Source of the DNA: a candidate division WWE3 bacterium
GTDB taxonomy: Bacteria > Patescibacteriota > 4484-211 > GCA-002791395
DNA length: 64,000 nt
Assembly (NCBI GenBank): GCA_013335095.1
Contig: JAAXWF010000003.1
Coordinates: forward strand, 69,960-133,959
Reading direction: 5' to 3'
Shown: positions 58,274 to 64,000 of the stretch, piece by piece
How positions within the stretch are numbered: position 1 is the stretch's first letter
Layout of the letters: the number at the start of each line of letters is the position of its first letter
Translations under genes and position numbers: made by a program
Notes under the pieces: model-generated
Seen by the model: the letters and a program-made list of their open reading frames with translations, nothing else
Databases searched by the model: none
Told to the model about the DNA's origin: nothing

Positions 58274-61066
58274 ATGGACAAAGGAGCTCACTTTTACAAA
58301 TGTGATTTTCAAGTTCACACTCCTCGGGACGCAAACTGGGAGGGTGCGGAAGCCATCACAGAGCAAGACCGTAAAGCTTATGCAGAGGAGCTTATTCAAG
58401 CATGCCGAGCAAAGAATATTGATGTAATTGCAGTAACTGATCATCACGATTTCTGCATGTTCCCATATGTGAAAGCCGCAGCTGCAACAGAGGTGAATGC
58501 TACAGGAGACTCCATTCTGAAAGAGAATCAGATTATTGTCTTTCCTGGCATCGAAATCACGCTTTCATCTCCACCTTGCCAAGCGATACTTTTATTCGAT
58601 GCTGATTTCGATGAGACAAAATTTGGAGACATTCTAACAACGCTCACTATTGCTGCCACAGATCCGGCAAATAGCAAACTTGCAAGCGTTGAGTCTGTAT
58701 CACCGGCATCAATCACCGGATTGAACGATCTCGAAGAACGACTAAATCAGCATCCATGGCTTAAAGGAAAATACATCATACTTCCGAACGTCACTTCAGC
58801 AGGATATAAAACTCTTTTTCGGGATGGATTCGCAAAACACTACAAAGAGATGCGTTGCGTGGGTGGTTATGTTGATGGTGATTATTCAAAGTCGAGTGAT
58901 GGACATAAAAATATCCTTGAGGGTCGCCAGCAAAATAATGGATACAAACCGATTGCCGTCTTTCAAACTTCAGATAACCGCAAGCGTGATCATTCTGATC
59001 TTGGTTCGTCTAGCACATACGTCAAATGGTCAGAGCCGACTGCAGAGGCACTGCGTCAGGCATGCTTGGCTAGAGAATCTAGGGTTTCTCTCATTGAACC
59101 CGAACTTCCGAATCTTTGGATTACATCAATCAGCGTTACAAACTCCAAGTTTCTTGGACAAATTGGCTTTGATTTAAACCAGCAATACAACGCCATTATT
59201 GGCGGTCGTGGTACGGGCAAGTCTACAATTCTCGAATATCTCCGATGGGGACTTTGTGATCAGCCGATGGAAAGCGAGGACATGGATATTGTGCAAACTA
59301 AACGTAAGAACTTGATCGACAATACTCTCCAGAAATTCGACGGTGAAGTGCATGTGGAATTTTTACTCAATGACGTTCCTCATATCGTAAAACGTAACTC
59401 AAAGAAGCAGGAAATTTTGCTTAAAATTGGCGACGGTGATTTTACTCTTGCCACAGAACAACAAGTGCGAAATTTGCTTCCGATTCAAGCGTACAGTCAG
59501 AAACAGCTTAGTAGCGTAGGTGTACGCATCGATGAGCTCAAGCGTTTTGTCGAATTACCAATCAAACAGGAACTCGATCAGATTCGTTCGGATGTAAGAG
59601 ACATCGAAGCGAAGATGCGATCCACCTATGGCGATCTAATTCGGATGAATGAAGTCAAAGCCGAAATCGATAAAAACAACGTTGAGATAGCTTCTTCGAC
59701 TAAACAACTGGAGAAACTTCGCAAGAGTCTTAAAGGTTTATCTAAAGAGGATCAGGAAACTATCGATCAAAAGGCAAAGTACGATAACGAAGAAGCGATC
59801 ATTGAGGGTCTCAAAAACGAGCTAGAAACGACCCAAAAGCACGTCGGTAGTCTTGTTGTTGAAGCATTGGAGAGCGAAGATGTAGAGGAGGAAGATTTCG
59901 AGCTTGAGAACAAATCTCTGATCGGCCGTATTCAAGAGAAATATGCTTCTAAATTTATCGAAATAGAAGCTGGTGTTTCTTCACTCGCTAATCTCTTCAA
60001 TCCAACATCGCTCAAGAGTATCAATGACGAAGTTGAAGAATGGGAAAAACTCAAGACGGCGTTTGATAAGAAATACGAAGCCGCAAAAGTAAAAGCTAAG
60101 GATAACCAGCAACAGCTCGATCAGATCCAAACTCTTGAGAAGCGTATTGCCGCACTCAAAAAACAACAGACGGAAAAACGCAATGCACTTGCGGCTCTTG
60201 GCGATCCAGAAACTGCGTACAAAAAACTCCGCACCAAGTGGGACGGTTTGCATACCCAAAAAATCACAGCTCTTGAGAAGCAGTGTACTCAGTTCACCGC
60301 ACTCTCTGACGATCTCATTAAGGCAGAAATTACAAACAGTCTGGACACTACATCCCTCACATTAAAACTCAAGACTGCTTTTTCCGGCATGAACATTAAC
60401 GAAGCAAAGCTTGAGAAAGTCTGCCAATCCCTCTTAGAAGCGAGTGATCCCCTTGTTGAATGGAACAGCATTCTTTCTGAACTTGAAAAGCTCGCATTTT
60501 ACTCCACAGAGGGACCGGATGAAATACCGGATACCCCGATTCTTAACAAGTGCAATTTTATTGACACTGAGCGTACAAGAATTGCGGGGAGTTTTGACTC
60601 TGCACGATGGCTTGATCTTTCTGTCACAGAGCTTGAATTTAATCCAAAGTTTTCTTATTGCACTAACAAAACGGAAAAAGATTATATCGGATTCTCGGAT
60701 GCATCAGCTGGTCAACAAGCTACCGCCTTGCTTACCGTTCTGTTGAACCAGCCAGGTGCGCCACTCATTATCGATCAACCTGAGGATGATATCGACAGTA
60801 AGATGTTCAAAGATATTGTTCAGCAGGTGTGGAGGGCTAAGGGTAAACGTCAGCTTGTTTTTGCGAGCCATAGTGCGAACATTGTCGTCAACGGTGATGC
60901 CGAACTGGTGGTCTGTTGTGACTACATAAAAACTGGTGATCAGACCCGTGGAGCAATTAAAGCTATGGGTGCGATCGATAAAAAAGAGATTAAAGAAGAA
61001 ATCATTCTTGTCACAGAAGGTGGACGGGATGCATTCAAATTAAGAATGGATCAATACGGTTTTTAA
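58274..61066 (+). CDS. PHP-domain phosphoesterase fused to SMC/ABC-type ATPase (Walker A GGRGTGKST, long coiled coil, Walker B LIIDQPEDDID); candidate single-gene anti-phage defence protein
   Basis: N-terminus CDFQVHTPRD…VTDHHD has PHP His motifs. The ATPase head is split by a ~350-aa coiled coil. ABC signature-like SDASAGQQ precedes Walker B. Confidence 0.7.
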   Translation: MDKGAHFYKCDFQVHTPRDANWEGAEAITEQDRKAYAEELIQACRAKNIDVIAVTDHHDFCMFPYVKAAAATEVNATGDSILKENQIIVFPGIEITLSSPPCQAILLFDADFDETKFGDILTTLTIAATDPANSKLASVESVSPASITGLNDLEERLNQHPWLKGKYIILPNVTSAGYKTLFRDGFAKHYKEMRCVGGYVDGDYSKSSDGHKNILEGRQQNNGYKPIAVFQTSDNRKRDHSDLGSSSTYVKWSEPTAEALRQACLARESRVSLIEPELPNLWITSISVTNSKFLGQIGFDLNQQYNAIIGGRGTGKSTILEYLRWGLCDQPMESEDMDIVQTKRKNLIDNTLQKFDGEVHVEFLLNDVPHIVKRNSKKQEILLKIGDGDFTLATEQQVRNLLPIQAYSQKQLSSVGVRIDELKRFVELPIKQELDQIRSDVRDIEAKMRSTYGDLIRMNEVKAEIDKNNVEIASSTKQLEKLRKSLKGLSKEDQETIDQKAKYDNEEAIIEGLKNELETTQKHVGSLVVEALESEDVEEEDFELENKSLIGRIQEKYASKFIEIEAGVSSLANLFNPTSLKSINDEVEEWEKLKTAFDKKYEAAKVKAKDNQQQLDQIQTLEKRIAALKKQQTEKRNALAALGDPETAYKKLRTKWDGLHTQKITALEKQCTQFTALSDDLIKAEITNSLDTTSLTLKLKTAFSGMNINEAKLEKVCQSLLEASDPLVEWNSILSELEKLAFYSTEGPDEIPDTPILNKCNFIDTERTRIAGSFDSARWLDLSVTELEFNPKFSYCTNKTEKDYIGFSDASAGQQATALLTVLLNQPGAPLIIDQPEDDIDSKMFKDIVQQVWRAKGKRQLVFASHSANIVVNGDAELVVCCDYIKTGDQTRGAIKAMGAIDKKEIKEEIILVTEGGRDAFKLRMDQYGF

Positions 61067-61125
61067 ATGTTAGATCCGACTCCGGTTGCCAGTGTCCAAA
61101 TCTCCCAGGCTAACGCCAAAAAACG

Positions 61126-61152
61126 AAAAAACCTGGCTCGTACCAGGTTTTC
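61126..61152. terminator. bidirectional intrinsic terminator
   Basis: aaaaaa-cctgg-ctcgta-ccagg-ttttc. Confidence 0.5.
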
Positions 61153-61189
61153 AAGGCTAAATTTGAAGATTTTTCAGTTTATTATCGTA

Positions 61190-61264
61190 TGGAGCGGGTA
61201 GCGGGAATCGAACCCGCATCTTCACCTTGGAAGGGTGACATAATAGCCTTTATACAATACCCGC
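61190..61264 (-). tRNA. tRNA-Gly (anticodon UCC), CCA encoded
   Basis: Cloverleaf folded by hand: acceptor GCGGGTA/TACCCGC, anticodon stem TCACC/GGTGA with loop CUUCCAA, T-arm GCGGG-TTCGATT-CCCGC. Confidence 0.85.
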
Positions 61265-61312
61265 ACACTAATTGGTCACTACGCTCAATATTATAACAAA
61301 AAAGGGAAAGAG

Positions 61313-61978
61313 TTACTGTACCTCGTTTAACCTAGCCGACTCAATAAACACCGGCTCAGTTGGAGTAGACTGCTCACCATACATATTACCTTCTACCGGC
61401 GTATCGGCAATCTTATCAATCGTCTCAAGACCGCTAACTACCTGGCCAAAAATCGTATACTGCTTTGGCAACGGATAATCAGCATGCATAATAAAGAACT
61501 GGCTTCCGCTCGTATTTGCACCCGAATTTGCATACGCAATCACCCCACGCTTATAATCACGAGTCACCGGTTCATCCTTAATCTCATAGCCTGGACCACC
61601 CGTACCGTCACCTGACGGATCGCCACCCTGAATCATAAAACCCTTAATAATTCGGTGGAACGAAAGACCATCATAAAAACCCTCTTTAACTAAAAACGCG
61701 AAATTATTTGCTGCAATTGGAGTCTCCTTATTAAACAGCTCAATCGTCATATCACCGTCCGACGTCTTCATCGTAACCTGATACTTCTTATTGGCATCTA
61801 AAAATTGTTCTGGTGCTGAAGAATATGTCTTACTCATCTGACTTGTTGGTCTTGGTGTACTTGTTGTCGACGTACCAGTTGGCGCATTCGTATCTTTAGG
61901 CGCACCAAACAAAACAAATACAACTACAATTATAGCGCCTATTGCAATCAGCCACTTTGTCGTCGATTCACCATTCAT
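61313..61978 (-). CDS. peptidyl-prolyl cis-trans isomerase, cyclophilin type, with signal anchor
   Basis: HRIIKGFMIQGGDP and GSQFFI cyclophilin motifs. N-terminal TM helix. Confidence 0.85.
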   Translation of the reverse strand: MNGESTTKWLIAIGAIIVVVFVLFGAPKDTNAPTGTSTTSTPRPTSQMSKTYSSAPEQFLDANKKYQVTMKTSDGDMTIELFNKETPIAANNFAFLVKEGFYDGLSFHRIIKGFMIQGGDPSGDGTGGPGYEIKDEPVTRDYKRGVIAYANSGANTSGSQFFIMHADYPLPKQYTIFGQVVSGLETIDKIADTPVEGNMYGEQSTPTEPVFIESARLNEVQ

Positions 61979-62084
61979 ACGACTTGATTATAGTGAAATA
62001 TCCGATTAATTCAACCAGCACAAACCATTTTTACATCATCGAAAAATACTAGTTGTGTTAGCATAGAAATAGCGACATTTTCCT

Positions 62085-64000
62085 ATGCGGTATCAACCAA
62101 TCTCACGTCTGTATAACTACCTAAAAAAACTAACCACCCGTCGACCGTTTATACCAATAATAAACCTAATCATCTTTATTGCTGCAATGGTCATAGTGAG
62201 CCGGATAAATCACCTCACCGCATCAATCGAACCACTCGCACCAGACGGCAGTGTATCGGGTGAAGTCGTTCCAACATTCGATCATGGAGTTAGTCCACAA
62301 TTTCTCATAAACAGCGGGGGAATCGTTATCGAACCTGCCACCGCATCATCAACTGGAACGTTGGATACCGAAACCGGACAAGTTAGTGCCAGACTCATAC
62401 AACAAGATGGGGTCGAAGTCGATACCAAACCGATTATTGATACTTCTCCTGCTGGGCCTAACGAATTCTTAGTCAAAATTCCGGCTGGTTCACAATTCAC
62501 CCCGGGGAAGTTTCATCTCGAAGTCGAACTAAATGGACGAAACCGACATCAAACCTTAACCCAAGATTTTACCTGGGGGGTATTAGCGGTAAATGTCGAT
62601 AAATCTGTGTATTACCCGAATGAAGTTGTACCAATTGGGATCGCCGTACTCGATGACGATGGAACCACACTGTGCGATGCCAGGCTTTCGGTTGTGGTAA
62701 CGGCTCCAAGCGGTAAACGAACCGAATACACCTCGGACAATAACCAGGTCTCGGTATCAAAAACCTGCCGGGATAAAAACGTCACGTATGACCCTGATTA
62801 TTTAGTCACCCACACCGTTGATGAGATCGGAACATACGGCGTATCAGTCTGGGCAAATACGGTAAATGGGCTTCGTAGTACCGAGCTTAGTTTTGATGTA
62901 GTTGAAAGTGCCGAAATCGTTATTCATCGTGACACTATGGCTATGCGAATATATCCACCCGAATATTACCGTGCTCAGGCGAAACTCGAAGTCCTGCGGG
63001 ACTTTCAAGGAACGGTTACCGAAAAAGTTCCGGCAAGCTTTGAAGTCTCGGGGGCGGTGTTATATCGATTGCGTCCCGGGATAGAAGAACCCGAACTGAT
63101 AAGTTCGGTCGAGTTTACTGATTTGCCTCAAGATAAAGCAAAGCTGATGCGGTGGAATGATGTTAGGCTTTCGCCCAGTGATCAGGCGTGGATTACCTAT
63201 ACCTACAAAATGCCCGATGTCAGCCCGGAGTTTTACTTAGTTGGGCCAATCACCATGACGCAGCAGGCAATAAATGGCGATGAAGGTGGAATTGTTCAGC
63301 CTACGTTAGTGGTCTCTGAACCGCGTCAATGGCAGATCGCCGCCGACTCATTGACCGATGCCAGCGCTACCAGGTTATGGTCAGCGGGATTTGAACTTAA
63401 CTCAACCACGGCCGATATGGAGTACACGGCTAATATTGGTACGACTCCTTCAATAAGTTCGGGAACCGTAAGATCGGGAACATACTCACTACAAACAAAT
63501 TTAGGATCAGACGGAACCAGTGGGATTAGGTATGCATTTGCTACTGCTGATACGGCAACAAGAACGTTTTTTAGAGCGTACATTCGCGTTGCTACCCTAC
63601 CCAATGCCACAACTACGATTATGACTCTGAGAGATTTGGCCGGGACGGACCAGGCGGGACTTCGTATGACCACCGGCGGCGCACTACAGCTTTATAATGA
63701 AGAAGATAGCGCACAAATCGGAAGCAATTCATCGGCATTATCAACAAATACCTGGTATCGGCTCGAACTTGCGGCTGACTTTGGTACGGCAGCAACCGGC
63801 GATACTCGTGTTGCGGCACGAATTGATGGGAATGAATTTGCCCTTTCAACAACGACCAATTGGGCGAATGGTACGGCTGCAGTTACCATCGGTATTCTAA
63901 CGACTGCAACCGCCAACTTTTATTGGGATGATCTTGCGGTTAACCAGGATGCGTATACCGGGCAAGAAAACTGGCCCGGTGCCGGAAACATCGTTTATTT
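62085..64000 (+). CDS. large membrane-anchored surface protein (partial, continues beyond window); C-terminal region LamG/concanavalin-like
   Basis: Hand translation from ATG 62085 gives over 630 codons with no stop to the window end. N-terminal TM helix IPIINLIIFIAAMVIVS. Absent from the ORF track, presumably because there is no stop in the window. Only antisense ORFs are listed there. Confidence 0.5.
   Translation, partial: MRYQPISRLYNYLKKLTTRRPFIPIINLIIFIAAMVIVSRINHLTASIEPLAPDGSVSGEVVPTFDHGVSPQFLINSGGIVIEPATASSTGTLDTETGQVSARLIQQDGVEVDTKPIIDTSPAGPNEFLVKIPAGSQFTPGKFHLEVELNGRNRHQTLTQDFTWGVLAVNVDKSVYYPNEVVPIGIAVLDDDGTTLCDARLSVVVTAPSGKRTEYTSDNNQVSVSKTCRDKNVTYDPDYLVTHTVDEIGTYGVSVWANTVNGLRSTELSFDVVESAEIVIHRDTMAMRIYPPEYYRAQAKLEVLRDFQGTVTEKVPASFEVSGAVLYRLRPGIEEPELISSVEFTDLPQDKAKLMRWNDVRLSPSDQAWITYTYKMPDVSPEFYLVGPITMTQQAINGDEGGIVQPTLVVSEPRQWQIAADSLTDASATRLWSAGFELNSTTADMEYTANIGTTPSISSGTVRSGTYSLQTNLGSDGTSGIRYAFATADTATRTFFRAYIRVATLPNATTTIMTLRDLAGTDQAGLRMTTGGALQLYNEEDSAQIGSNSSALSTNTWYRLELAADFGTAATGDTRVAARIDGNEFALSTTTNWANGTAAVTIGILTTATANFYWDDLAVNQDAYTGQENWPGAGNIVY

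Overview
The window looks like a low-GC (by eye about 38-42%), gene-dense bacterial chromosome segment. Gene content (minimal dcw cluster, B12-dependent class II RNR, many small overlapping genes, giant surface proteins) suggests a small-genome, possibly CPR/Patescibacteria-like organism; that is an inference, not proven. Order of content: (1) an asnB fragment and a surface-polysaccharide cluster (GT4 x4, GT2, Wzy-like, flippase-like, UbiA-family prenyltransferase, polyprenyl-P sugar phosphotransferase). (2) Inside that cluster, a ~2.7 kb island of strikingly high GC (~58-60%) holding four minus-strand monocistronic cassettes. Each encodes a small signal-peptide protein, has its own SD and its own rho-independent terminator, and the cassettes are separated by ~276-bp, ~95% identical noncoding repeats. 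(3) recO and glyQS. (4) A dcw cluster mraZ-rsmH-ftsL-ftsI-[MurA-like]-[FemAB]-...-mraY-ftsW-murG-ftsQ-ftsA-ftsZ. It is interrupted between femAB and mraY by a ~4.3 kb insert (regulatory leader, 610-aa unknown protein, PIG-L deacetylase, APH-like kinase, high-GC hypothetical). (5) A PduO-type cobalamin adenosyltransferase plus class II RNR nrdJ. (6) A surface-protein locus with two giant paralogous secreted proteins, one carrying a G10 homopolymer tract. (7) A thymidylate module: glyA, then higher-GC thyA-folA-HIT, then a promoter-to-terminator ~640-nt noncoding locus holding three tandem ~80-nt structured repeats, then dCMP deaminase + cytidylyltransferase and pyrG. (8) tRNA-Leu(TAA), MscS, and a small islet (immunity-like protein, DUF1653, CPBP protease) ending in a 930-aa PHP-domain + SMC/ABC-ATPase single-gene candidate phage-defence protein just upstream of tRNA-Gly(TCC). 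(9) A cyclophilin and the start of a large membrane-anchored LamG-like protein that runs off the window end and is absent from the ORF track. No rRNA, CRISPR array, transposase or integrase was recognised.
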